Of a DNA stretch of 64,000 nt, positions 38,661-51,177 are shown piece by piece. The stretch covers positions 68,760,001 through 68,824,000 of the forward strand of contig NC_045696.1 in the NCBI RefSeq assembly GCF_009834535.1, in the 5' to 3' direction. This DNA comes from Camelus ferus. Lineage: Eukaryota. Each line of letters opens with the position of its first letter. The first letter of the stretch is position 1. Both the position numbers and the translations under genes were made by a program. Under the pieces are notes generated by a model. It was not told the origin of the DNA. It was given only the letters and a program-made list of their open reading frames with translations, and searched no databases.

Positions 38661-39782
38661 ACAGGCTCCAGTCCCTGGGCTGCCTTCTCCTAGTTGGGTG
38701 ACCTGGAGGAAGCTGCTGAACCTCAAGCCCCTTACCGCTACACTGGGGATACCTGGGGGTGGTTGTGATGCTTAAAGGAAATAATACATAAACATACCCA
38801 ACATAGTGTGAGAGTCCAACCCAGGCCAGCTGGCTTTCATTTTATCCTGTTCTGAATTCCGTGTCACAGCTAACCTCCTTTAGTGCAAAGAAGTTACTTT
38901 TTAAAATGGCTGAATGTATTCAGGGGAAGTGAGCCAACACGAAAGGCACAGATATGGCTCTGAATCATCAGATGCCCTGTGCCTACCATGTATCACTCAG
39001 TTTACATCAATTAACTTATTTAGTACTTATAAAAGCCTGGTGGGGTGGTACTGTAGTCTCATTTTCCAGATGAGGAAACTGAGGCTCAGCAAGGTGAAAT
39101 GACTTACCCAAGATACAGCTTATAAGAAGCAGATCCGGGGCTAGACTCCCAGGTTTCCAATTTAAAGCCCAGTGCTGTGTTCAGTATCTGGGCTCTTTTC
39201 AAACGAAGAAATAAGTGCTCTATCAGTGCTCAACCATTTCCACAGTCCCTCGAGATCTGCCAACTTTATAGACTTCTAGGCTATTATAGCTGGGAGGGGT
39301 TTGGGAGAATACCAAATCCAGCCTCTTCACTTTATGGATGGGGAAACTGAGGTTCAGGAAGGGAGAGGGGGTGAGGGCTAATGGCAGCATATCCTATTGT
39401 GGATTAGGCTGGAATTTTTATTTATTCACAATCATTGATTGAGCACCTACTATGTGCCAGCACTGTGCAGGCATGGAGATACAGCCCTGAATAAGATAGG
39501 TAGGATTACTGCTCTCGTGGGGCCTAGGTTCCAAGCTAGTTGGGAGTGGGAGAGAACAGACAGTGAGACAAACCAGCTAACATCTCTTAGAAACCAATGC
39601 CTAAATCTCTGTGGCAGGTAACCTCCAACCCAGCATTCTTCCTCCCCACCATGCTGCCTTTCTCTGAGGGGGCAAACTCAGCCCTTCCCTCCACAGGCAG
39701 AGGATGATGGGGCTGCAAGATGCCACCCTCTGAAGACCCCACAGACAGCCTCTCTGTTCTCACTGTGTCTTCTTTCCTCCAG

Positions 39783-39850
39783 GGACCATAGTCATCGTCA
39801 GTGGCTGGGGGAAGCAGTTCTTGCAGAGTTTCCCGGAGACCCTGATGGAG
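39783..39850 (+). CDS. MASP1: MASP1 exon 16, MASP-1 protease (TIVIVSGWGKQFLQSFPETLME)
   Basis: cag|GG acceptor, GAG|gtgaag donor, 68 bp; GWG motif; not in the ORF track. Confidence 0.95.
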
Positions 39851-40309
39851 GTGAAGTTCAATTTATCCCCTTCAGAGGGTGACACCTCTGCCCTGCATTG
39901 GACCTTCCCACTCCATAGCACCCCTGAGAAATTTGGAGGCTTGGGCAGAGGGAGGGGATAAGAGAGGTACTAGAGGCCCAGACTCACCTCTAAAGTTAAG
40001 TGGGACTTTGAATCCCAACAAGCCTGATCTGTTTGCTCTACATGTCATGGGGCTCTGATCTATAAACATTTTTCAATGTTTCTGTAGCATACTAAAGGCT
40101 CAATTCATGGAAATTCTTCCAGAAAATAGCAGGCTTGGACACCCCAAAAGGTGATCCATCTATACATCACAAAGACTGACATAACAGAGTAACCAAGATG
40201 GGCCAAAGAAGGGGCTTTGAGAGCTACAGTCCTTGCAGTAATGAAATTGACTCTTGCATTTAGAAGTTTACATTCTCCATGGATGCAGAACCCTTGAATA
40301 TGAAGGGCC

Positions 40310-40612
40310 AACTGCATGAGTTACTCCATGTGCTTGTCTACACCTAGTATCGTCAGACCTTTTAATTTTAACCATTCTAGTAGTGTGTAGTAGTATTTCC
40401 TTGTAACTTTACTCTGCATTTCCCTAATGACTAATAGCGTTCAACATATTTTCATATGCTTATTGGCCATTTATGTATCTTCTTTAGTGAAGTGACTATT
40501 CAAATATTTGGGGGGGGATTTGTCTTCTTACTATTGAGATGTAGGGGTTCTTTATTTTGGATATAAGTCTTTCGTCAGTGTATATATTATGAATACATTT
40601 TTCTCAGTGACT
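40310..40612 (-). mobile_element. Old LINE-1 fragment
   Basis: ttttaaccattctagtag, tgcatttccctaatgactaat, ttttcatatgcttattggccatt. Confidence 0.75.
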
Positions 40613-42243
40613 GAAAAAAAAAAAAAGAGGAAGTTTACATTCTTGTCATTTCAGAAAAGAACACTGAACTAGGAGTAAGGAGCCATGGCATCAATTCCTG
40701 GCTCCTAGTAACCTGCTGGGTGATCTTAAACAAGTCATCTTGCCTCTCTCTACTGCAGTGTAATATCTCAAGCTGCAAAGTCACAGGCAACACTAGATGT
40801 CCTCCAAGAGCTGCCTGGCTCGGACATTCCCAGGCTCTATGACTGCCACAGCTAGCTCCTAAATCCTTCAACGTATGTTATTTTAACATACTTTAACATT
40901 TTGGATTTGCAACAACTATTTATCCTTTTAATCATTAACTCCCCAGTGTTTATTTGGTGCCTCGCATGTACCAGACATTGTGCTAGTTACTTGGTGTGCT
41001 GGGGGGGTAAAAGGACAGATCTGGCCCCTGGCCTCCTTGGGCTTACAGTCAAGTGGGAGAGAGAGAAAGCAGTTATCGATGTGATAGATGGAATGAAGAA
41101 GTGCAGGATGCTCCGGACTGTACAGCAGGGACTCTGACCTCACCCTAGGGGTTCAGAAGGGCTTCCCAGAGGAAACGACATTTAAATGATGCGTGAGCGA
41201 TGGAGAGAGGTTAGTCGGGCCCTCGACAGTTTGCTGAGAATATGTGTTCATGACCTTTCCTTGCCCTGACTTCCTCTCCCCACTTTTCTGAGAAGGCCAA
41301 GGCCCCAGAGGGACCTAAATGCCTCTTGTCCCCTCCCAGCCAGGGTCGGCAGGAGTTGGGGTTTTGGGGGATGTAACCATTCAGTTCTTGGTTTGACTGA
41401 ATGAGATTCATGTTTCCTCTTTTTATTCCAGACATCTACTCCAACTTTTACTCCCAAGCTGAGTCCAGGACAATAATAATGACAATACTTTTTACTTTTG
41501 TGTATCAATTTATCATCTCAATTCAAAATAATATTTCCTGAGTACCATCTATATTCCATGCTATGCAAGACATGTAAGATAAGATACTGGGACAGTATAT
41601 ACAGCCAGTGTCTGGAAGCTCCTACTCTAGTGGGGGAGAACGTAAGTGAATGCTTGCTGCAGTGTGCTAGCATGCAGTGCGTGCTGGCCCTACACCACCT
41701 ACCAGTTATGCAGTGCTTGTCATTTATAGAGCATCTGCTCCTCATCTCCCCTTTGTACAACAGCTCCATGTGATTAGTATGTCAAATGTTCTGACTTCCA
41801 TTTTTCAGATGAGGAAACAGTCTCAGAGGTCTGGAAAAGCAGTGACTAATTACGTGCCCCAGGTCCCACAACCAGTAATGGGAGGGGTGGGGAAATGAAG
41901 ATTGCCCAGAGGGTTTGTGTACATTGCCATATTTGAAATAATGCATGTGTTAGGCAAATATTATTATCTCCATCTTACAGATGAGAAAAACTGAGGTCCA
42001 GAGAGGGCAAATTACATGCTCAAGGTCACACAGCAAATGCATGACTAAGACTGTACCAGAACATGGATCTGATTCTCCATTCAGTGTTCTTTCACCTGGA
42101 CTGTAGGGCAGTTTCTGAGACCAGGTCTAAGGTAGACCCAGGCTCATCCAGGAAGGGGGATGGGAAAGAGTCAGCTCTACTGGTGTCAGAACAGCAGGGT
42201 TCCTCAGTCAAGAGTGGGGTCCAACAGTGTCCTTATGTTCCAG

Positions 42244-42343
42244 ATCGAAATCCCAATTGTTGACCACCGCACCTGCCAGGAGGCCTATGCCCCACTGAAG
42301 AAGAATGTGACCAGAGATATGATCTGTGCAGGGGAGAAGGAAG
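42244..42343 (+). CDS. MASP1: MASP1 exon 17, MASP-1 protease (IEIPIVDHRTCQEAYAPLKKNVTRDMICAGEKE)
   Basis: cag|ATC acceptor, G|gtaagt donor, 100 bp. Confidence 0.96.
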
Positions 42344-42791
42344 GTAAGTCAAGAGGCTGGCATACATCAGGGCACTACCAGCCAGGGAGGGGCGCAGAGC
42401 CCAGGGATGGAAGGGCTGAAGACCTTGAGGCTGGTAGGCTGAGCAGCTGAGGCATGAGAGGAGCAAGGCAGAGGACGGGGAGGATGTCAGGAGAGGAAGG
42501 ATTCCACTGGAGAAAATGCATCAGAAAGAAGAGAGCTAAATAAGGAATTTCCGTAATTCCCTTCTCCCAGCCCAACTTTTTCCCTGTGAAATTAGAGAGG
42601 CCTGCACCTGCGCTTTCTAAAATGAGGAGGCCTGACCTTCAACAGCTCAGAGCCCAAGTTTGTGTCAAATGGTCTGCTCCGCCCCCTGGTGCCCAATTCT
42701 CTGAACTACAAGTCAGTTGTGAGGAGAAAAGCTCCTCTGGATTTGGGGCTAGGGAAGGAGACAATTTAATCTGCATCTCTTCTTCCTCTAG

Positions 42792-42982
42792 GGGGGATGG
42801 ACGCCTGTTCGGGTGACTCTGGAGGCCCCATGGTAACCCTGGATATAGAGAGAGGCCAGTGGTACCTGGTGGGCACGGTGTCCTGGGGCGTGGACTGTGG
42901 AAAGAAGGACCGCTACGGAGTGTATTCCTACATCTTCCACAACAAGGACTGGATCCAGAGGGTCACCAGGATGAAGAGTTGA
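42792..42982 (+). CDS. MASP1: MASP1 exon 18 coding part, MASP-1 catalytic Ser and C-terminus ([12 protein letters not shown]...[10 protein letters not shown])
   Basis: tag|GG acceptor; GDSGG with a TCT Ser codon; TGA at 42980-42982. Confidence 0.96.
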
Positions 42983-43159
42983 ATCCAGTCCTTCTTCCCC
43001 ACCTCACCTGTCCGTGGTCAGTCAGCAACAGAGGATAATTATCTGATGCAAGACCCTCCTCGACCTACACCCACCTCATTCAGCCCATCTATTGCTGGCC
43101 ACTGAAGGGGGCGTCTCAGCCCCCTTCTCACTCTCTTTAAAGAAGCAGAGTCGCAGAGT

Positions 43160-43350
43160 GGTCAGAATCCAGGATGTATCACTCACTGGCTTTGCAACAC
43201 TGGGCAGGTGACTTCACGACAGTCAGTTTCTTCGTCCATATTACGGAAATGGCATACCTTACCTACCTCATGAAAGTTTGATGAGGATCAAATGAATATA
43301 TACATAGCATTTAGCACAGTGCAGGCGTAAACTAAGTGCTCAATAAACAT
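43160..43350 (+). mobile_element. MIR SINE in the MASP-1 3' UTR
   Basis: cagtttcttcgtc...acctacctcat...atgaggatcaaatga...ttagcacagtg...taagtgctcaataaa, the typical MIR 3' half. Confidence 0.75.
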
Positions 43351-43378
43351 GACTTTAAAAAAAATTTAAACAAATAAA
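43342..43378 (+). terminator. MASP1: Paired AATAAA signals (43342-43347, 43373-43378), candidate MASP-1 polyadenylation site
   Basis: First AATAAA hexamers after the MASP-1 stop. Confidence 0.55.
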
Positions 43379-44970
43379 CGTGACTTAGCAGAAGGCCAGC
43401 ACATCCACCAGGTACATTAATTTCTCTTACAAACTCTGGCTGGGTCTTAGGGCTAATCAGTGTGTACGCTTCTCAACCTTCACCATTTCCTTCAGTCTGC
43501 CCCCATATGCTCTATGCTTCTTTGCTACCATGCCTTTTGGCCACCCCAAACCCCCTCCCAATGAAAAGGTAAAAGATACAAGGTTCTTAGTCTATGGAAT
43601 GTCCTGTAGTGATGCATTTATGACTTTGATCTAGACACCAACTATGAGAGTGTCTGAGAGTAGCAGGGGCAGGGACTGGGGAGACTAGGAATGGTGAATT
43701 GGGAAGTCAGACAGCAGATTCTAGAACCAATTCTGGCCCCAGCTCCCTGTGACTCTATGCAAAGCCTTTCCCCTCTTCAAAAAGGACCCTCCCAGCTATG
43801 ACAATCTAGGAACCAATGAGCCACTTCTCCCTGATGAGATGAGTTAAAGCCAAAATAACCAAAAGGCAAAAATTGCCTTAGGTTCAATAGAGCTTTAATG
43901 CAGACCACATACTGCAGCGACTGCAATGCCCACCCCTGCGCACCACACCCTGGTGCTGAAGGACGTGGCCCAGGCAAAGCGCTAGCCAAGGCACCTCTCC
44001 TTATTCCTAAGCAGAGCATCTGCTCAAGGCCCCAGCCTCCTTTTCTTCCTGGGAAACTGAGCTGCACAAGGTAGGCCCTGGGAGGCTAGATTCAGACCCC
44101 TGTACTCTCTCTCCGCATATCCGCAGCTGACCCTAAGCCACCATTCCCCTGGTACCTCACCCCTGTTCCTCATGCTAAACACCCCAGCCCTTCAGAGTCC
44201 CAAGTATTTCCCAAGCAGAATGCCTCTCCCCTCCAAGAGCCACCTCCTCTCTCAGGAAGCTTCCAGGGACCTCATCCCCTCCAGAGTGTTGAGATCTAAG
44301 CCCTTCAAGGGATCAGAAGCCCCAAGTCCTTGTCTTCTGTTCTATCAAATGTGCTCTTTATGGGGGATTTCAGTTCTTGACCTGTACTGCAGCTGTTGGA
44401 CTGATTCAGGGTCTCTTACTGAAAGAAGATACTGAGGAGTGAGGACCTATGGATGCTAAGCCCCAGGCCAAACACTCAGGCACAGCAATTCACAGCCTGC
44501 CTTCTGATTCTCTGAGCATGTTATTCTACCTCTCTGTGCCCTGCTGTTTACTCTGTAAAGGGAAGATGGCAATGGCTCTCAACTGCACCAGGCATTTGTC
44601 AGGCAAACTGGAGCTCTATTTCAGACACCAAAGAGGAATTGCAATGCAAAGTTTTGGAATTGCCCTAATGCATTCCAAGCACCATGCCTTCCCATTTCAC
44701 TGCCCCATCTACCAGGCTGTGCTGACTGCTATGGGGACCACCAAGATGATGCACACCTTCCAGGAGCTCCTACAGGAAGAACTGACACACACAGGTGAAT
44801 ACCATGAAAAGAATGAACTCTGTCAAGTGCGATGTGTTGGAGCAGCACAGAGGTAGAAGAAAGGCCATTACAGTATGGAGCCATTGGAGGAGAGGGCACC
44901 AGGAGGGTGTCCCAGAGGAGATGGTGTTGGAGCTGAGCCTTGAGGAGGGTGGGAATTTCCACAGGTAAGA

Positions 44971-45018
44971 CAGAGGGAGGCCTTCCAGAGGGAGGCCTTC
45001 CAGAAGGAGGCCTTCCAG
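44971..45018. repeat. 15-bp tandem repeat, about 3 copies (cagagggaggccttc)
   Basis: Two identical copies and a third with one mismatch. Confidence 0.9.
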
Positions 45019-47304
45019 GACAAGAGTACATGTCCACTCAGGCTTTTACACTAGCTTCTCTCCCAAAAATAACATACCCAGTCGGATTCTGGGATTAGAA
45101 CCAACATCTAGAAGAACTTTCCTCCTTAAAGTCAGACAACTATGGGACTTGAAGCAACCTCAGAATTTGTGTACAAATACTGACTTCTGGCTGGACCCAG
45201 TTTATCCTGTTCATTCCCCCAACTGCAACTTCATCCTTCTTCTGAGGGATATATAGACATGCTGTGGAACTTCACCTCACCCTTCATCTACAAGCATGTT
45301 AGATATACTGCCCCTGCACTGCTGCTGAGGTCCAAGAAACCCAAATTTCTTAGAGTCATAGAAGCAGAGGGTTGAAGTTTGTGTTAGGACCATATTGTGA
45401 CCTTGTTCTTGAACATTTCTAGAGACAAGAAACTCACTACCTCCAAATATAGCCAATTTCAACTTCAAGATGTGCTGTCTTTTGGAAAGATCTCTATGCA
45501 ACCCAAATCCCTAGAATATATTTAGTTTGTACATCTAAAGCTATGATTCCACACCATGAATGTTGTTACTAGCAATAATGATCATGCCCAATTTCATTAG
45601 AAATAGAAGCTATTGTTCTACAACATGTGTAGCTGTAACTACACATTTGTTCCAATAAACATCTGCATTGAGTCAAAGCACCCTGTTTGGCTTGTAGGCT
45701 TTTCATGCACTGGTGGTTCTGGTGAGTTGTGTTTTCATTTATCCACATTTCTCTGTATCCAAATAGGATCACTGTACCATGAAGAAAGAAAGAGATTATG
45801 ATGGGAAGATCAAATGCCCGATACAAAAGCACTTCTTAGGCTTCTCAGGTCAGTTCTGATTAAATACTTTATCCTATTGTTTCAGTAAATTATGAGAATA
45901 TCCCGGGGTGCCAATCTTTCAATATCCAAATTACTTTTCTTGATCATCACCCATGCTCCAAATGGAAAAAATATTTTTTTGATCGTGTGTTCAATTGTTT
46001 GGTTCAGAAAATAGGGCACCATGTCTATGAGTGGCCTGTTCTAAATTGGGGTATATACTTTCCTTCTGCCATGAGTTAATCTTATTCCCTGGTGGCAGGA
46101 ATTAAAGAATCAGCACCACCAAGAAGTCCTTCAAATAAGGGTAGGCAAGAATCATGGAAGGAAAATATATACCCATCATGCAGCACACAGAATGGCCAAT
46201 CTGGATCTAGAATGGGTCTTGAAATCAAGAGACTTAGGTTCTAATGCAAGCATAGGTTGACTCTTTTAATTTCTCCATCTATAAACTGGCAGAAAAATCT
46301 TTGTCCTATCCCTGTTTGAGGATTGTTGAATCAGGTGAATTAGCATATAAGAAAGAACTTTGGAAACAAAATTAGCACAAATATTAAAAGTTCTATGGGA
46401 AATAGTCACTAACATTTTTGAGTATTTACTATGATTGAGACCACACTAAGCACTGACACAATTCTCTAATTTAGTCCTCACAATAACCTGTAACAAAAGT
46501 ACTATTATTATCCCCATTTTAAAGGTAAGCAAACTGAAATACAATGAGGTTAAAACTGTGGCCCCACCTAGGCACAGCAACAGCCCAGTGGCAATGAGCA
46601 CATCTACTGTCCAGATTTTGGTTTCTAACGCTTCTCCAATAAAAGAAACAAGGACTTCTTTCAGACGTGGCTGATTCTAGGGTGAGGGCAGGAAATATAC
46701 AAGCATCTTATACCAGAAATGAAGGAAGTCACACAATGATATGGATATCTCAAAGGGACACAGGAACCAACTGGAGGTGCTCAAATGACGAAAGCTCAAA
46801 TGGTACAATTTGAGCAGTAAAACAAATAAAATAGTATTGGAGTATAACCCATTGTATAAAATAAATACCCATAAATATGTACTTATATGAATAAATGAAT
46901 AAATAAATGGGGGGAGAATAGAAAGTAATTTATGTAAATACTTTGCTATAAAGGAGATGGAACATAACTCCCCATCCCTTAAGTGTGGGCTGCATAATAG
47001 TGACCTCTTCCCAAAGAGTACAATAAAATGGGGCCAAGGCGGGGGAGGAAGAACCTGACAAAACACTGCCTCAGCCAGGTGATCACAGTTAATATCAACT
47101 GTGAAAAGTCACACTGATAGTTTGTGACTTTGATATGCTATGATGAAAATGTCACAGTAACTCTGTGTTCTTCCTCCCCAGATCTCATAATCCCACTCTA
47201 ATCATGAGGAATATTCTACAAAATACTTAACCAATACTCCTCAGAGCTGTTGAGATCATCAATAACAAGGGAAGTCTGAGAAACTGTCTCAGCTAAGAGG
47301 AGCC

Positions 47305-48241
47305 TGTAACGGGTTGAATTGTATCCCCCAAAAAGATGTGTAGAAACCCTAACCTTCAGGACCTCCAAATGAGACCTTATTTGGAAATAGGGCACTTGCA
47401 GATGTAATTAATTAAGACAAGGTTATACTGGAGTAGGGTGGGCCCTTAATCCAATATGACTGGTGTCCTTATAAGATGAGGAGATGAGGAATATTACTCA
47501 GCCATAAAAAGGAATGAAATGCCATTTGCAACAACATGGATGGACCTAGAGAATATCATGCTAAGTGAAGTAAGTGAACAGAGAAAGACAGATATATTAT
47601 ATGTTATCACTTATACAAATTATCTAAAAAATAGTGTAAAAGAATCTATATACAAAACAGAAACAGGCCCATAGACATAGAAAACAAACTTATGGTTACC
47701 AAAGGGGAGCGGGGAGGACGGATAAATTAGGAGTACAGGAATAACAGACACATATTACTGTACATAAAGTAGATAAGCAACAAGGATTTACTGTATAACA
47801 CAGGGGACTATATTCAACATCTTGTAATAAACTATAACAGAAAATAATCTGAAAACATATAGACTATATATAACTGAGTCACTTTGCTATACACCTGAAA
47901 CTAACACAACATTGTAAATCAACTATACTTCACTAAAAAAGAGAGAGAGAAGATGAAACACGGAGACACAAACACATGAGGGGAGAACACCATGTGACAA
48001 TGGAGGCTGAGCTTGAAATCCCACAGCTGGAGCCAAGGAATGCCAAGGATTTCCAGCAAACTCCCAGAAGTGAGGAAAGGCCAGGAAGGATTCTCTCAGG
48101 AAGGTTTCAGAGGGAGCATAGCCCTGCCAACACTTTGATTTCAGACCTCTAGCCTCCAAAAATGTGAGGCAATACATGTCTGTTGTTTTAAGCCACCCAG
48201 TTTGAGGTGCTGAGTTATGGCAGTCCTGGGACACAAGTACA
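47305..48241 (+). mobile_element. MLT1 solo LTR with 5-bp TSD GAGCC, interrupted by an L1
   Basis: TGT...ACA termini; gagcc at 47300-47304 and 48242-48246. Confidence 0.85.
47488..47940 (+). mobile_element. 5'-truncated LINE-1 inside the MLT1
   Basis: tactcagccataaaaaggaatgaaat...tgtaaatcaactatacttca plus an A-rich tail. Confidence 0.85.
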
Positions 48242-50720
48242 GAGCCTAAGGAGACATCCTTATATGACATCCTGGGACAGAAGAAAGACATTAGGTAAAA
48301 GCTAAGGAAATCTGAATACAGTATGGACTTTAGTCAAAAATAACATATCAGTATTGGTTTACTAATTGTGACAAAGGTACTGTACTAATGTGAGATGTTA
48401 ATAACAGGGGAACTGGTGACTGGTATATGGGAACTTTGCTCATCATCCTTACAACTATTCTGCAAATCCAACGCTATTCTAAAATTAAAAGTTTATATTA
48501 AAAAAAAATGTGACCTAGAATCTTAGAGCTAGGAAATAGGGGAACTGGGATTTGAAACCAGTTCTGATGGACTCTGGAACCCAAGCTCTTACTCCAGCGC
48601 ATCTATACCAGTGGTTCTCAAACTAGGCTGGTTTAAAGTTTTTTTTAATACCATAAAGAAATACTGATGCCAGAGTTACACCCTGCAGAGATTCAAATAT
48701 AATCAGTCTGGAGTAAGGCTGAGCATCTCAGGATTGAGGTGAGGTGGGGGTTAGTCAAAAGTTCTCCAGGTGATTCTAATGTGCACCCAGTTTGACATCC
48801 ACGTTTCCAGGCTATCCTGCCAGTGTGTGATCCTGTAAGAATGTTGGGAGGCTTTACTTCCCAAGCTTGAGTCTTTTGACTTAGGTCCTGCGTCCGGTGA
48901 GAGGCAGAGGAGAGGCAGACGCCCTGCTGCCCCAGCCCTAGTCCAGAACTTTTCTGTGACTCAGCAGCTACACCACCGCCAAGACATTTCAGCATTGGTG
49001 TCTTCCTGGAGAGAATGGTGCTCTTTTATTTCGCAGTGGTCAGTGGAAGGGAAAAGCAACGCAGGTACAGGCAACAGCAAATGCGAAAGCAGGGATATGA
49101 AAGGGCAGTGAGTGTTTGGGGGAAACTGAGTGACTTGGTGCCCTAGATTGCCAGATAAATTGGGGAAAAAAGAATACCATCAGGAAGTGTTGGCCTGGGA
49201 TGCTCAGCGTGGTTTTGGGAATGGGGAAACGTTTGAGGGTTTTGGACCAGAGAGAGACATGATCAGCTTTCCCTTTCAAATCAGGCTTTAGTGCAGAGAG
49301 TAAACTGAGGAAGAAGAGCCTAAAGATAAGGAGACTAATTTAAGGAGACTCAAACTTCTGTCAACATTTGAGGATGAATTAGTAGACAGTAGAGAGGAAA
49401 CAGGGCAGGGACCAAAATCCAAAGACAGTAATGGTTTTCAGGTTCCTGGGCCTTTTATGACCTGCTGGCATCAGTGCTGTCTCCAGAAAGGAAGCCATGG
49501 CATTTTCTGAACTTGAGGGAAGGAGACTAACAGGGCCTTTGTGATCGCCTCCTGTGTCTGGTATGTGTTGGCTTTTTTTCAAGAAGATAAGGAAATGTTT
49601 TTTGTATGCAAAAACACAGGCTCAGTTCCCAGCAATGAACTTCTGATCACAGGCAAAAGAGGCAGGACTCTCAATATTCAGGCAGATGACAAGGGAGGCC
49701 CCTCTGAGGGATGGGGACAAGACGATGTTATGACAAGGGGAAGATGTGTTGAGCCTGGACACTTCCCAGGGCAAGCATGCAGAATGACGACGGATCAGTG
49801 TGGGTGGGAACATAGCTCCCCCTCCAACATCCTCAGTCCCAGTGGAGACCTCTGCAAAGTAACATGCCAACAGGCCAACACCAATGAAAGCCAGCCCTGG
49901 GGACCCAAAGGGCCCAGGGTAGATGCAGTCCAGGCCCAAGGTCTTGGAAGATGCTGACCCATTTTGAAAGTGAGGACTCTCATTTCCCCTTGAGCTGTCT
50001 ATCCTGCGACATTAATCCATTGTACCCATCTCCTGAGACTATCCTGCTTATTTAATCCATGCCGACTAAATGCTCACTTGTGGCCCAGCCTGCCAGTAGG
50101 ATCCCAGACAACAGAATCCTTCCTTTAAACTACTCCCTTGGTCTGAGTTTGCACATCCAACGCCCAAATCCATATTAGAGAGAGTTTGAGTCAGAGCAAG
50201 ATCTATAATAATTTGTTTCCAGAAAGGAAAGGAAAGGAAGATGTCACGGACATTCAGATAAGAGGGTCAGACTCCAAGCTGACCTAGGCAGACTGAAATC
50301 TTGGTGTAACAACTAGATGACCTGTTAGAGGGGTCAGGGTCAGGGCACTATACCAAATGCCTGAGGACAAAATAAGGCTAAGCAGCAGTTTTTGAGTAAC
50401 ATCAGAATCAGCAGGGACCCTTTAGATCACCTTACCTCTTTGCTTTACAAATGAGGAAACTGAGATGCAGGGGAGGGGAAAGACTGGGTCACTCAACGTC
50501 AGCAGCCTAGATGCCTAGATACTGGCTAAACCAGGGCTGAAACCCAGGTTTCCTGGCTCCCAGGCCAATGAGCTTTCTATATCACAACCACCCTGCCACC
50601 CACCCTCACAAGGCTCTGTCACAAAATAGGCATCCAACAGGTGGATTTCATTTCCCTGATGCATGTGGCAGTACCCATGCAAAACCAAAGAGGATTCCGA
50701 AGGAAATTTCTTAACTGGGA

Positions 50721-51177
50721 TGTAATAGAGCAGGACCTGTGGAGACAGATTTCTCCCCCATACCCTCTGCTGTAGCTCCTCTCTGAAGCACACAGATAAT
50801 AGTGTCCGATGTACACTTCCTGAGTTGTTCTACAGATACTAAAACCACCACCAAATGGAAGAAATTAACTGCTTAATGATCATGAGCCCCCAGAACTACA
50901 GGCACCTAAGGTTGATATATTAACTGCCCTGCTACTCACCATCAACCAATCAGAGAATTGTGCACAAGCTGATCACATACCCTGTGACCCCCCTCCCTCA
51001 CCCGGCCTTTAAAAATGCTTTGCTGGAACCCTGTGGGGAGTTCAGGATTTTTAGGGTGTGAGCCACTCATTCCTCCTTGCTCAGCCCTTCAATAAACCTT
51101 TCTCTGCTCCAAACTCTGACATTTCATTTTGTTTGGCCTCACTGTACATTGGGCACATGAACTTGCATTTGGTAACA
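50721..51177 (+). mobile_element. ERV1-class solo LTR, 457 bp, 4-bp TSD GGGA
   Basis: TGTAA...TAACA termini; ggga at 50717-50720 and 51178-51181; CCAAT 50946, TATA-like 51008, AATAAA 51091. Confidence 0.85.

Larger units (their letters stand above)
46555..48510 (+). mobile_element. Old LINE-1 (L1MC-like) 3' region, interrupted by the MLT1 LTR
   Basis: gtggctgattctaggg, tctgagaaactgtc...gagcc|taaggagac, gtatggactttagt, A-rich end near 48500. Confidence 0.75.

Noticed and set aside
44971..45018. Repeat array as a CRISPR-like or functional element
   Set aside because: Head-to-tail copies without spacers in mammalian intergenic DNA; a simple minisatellite.
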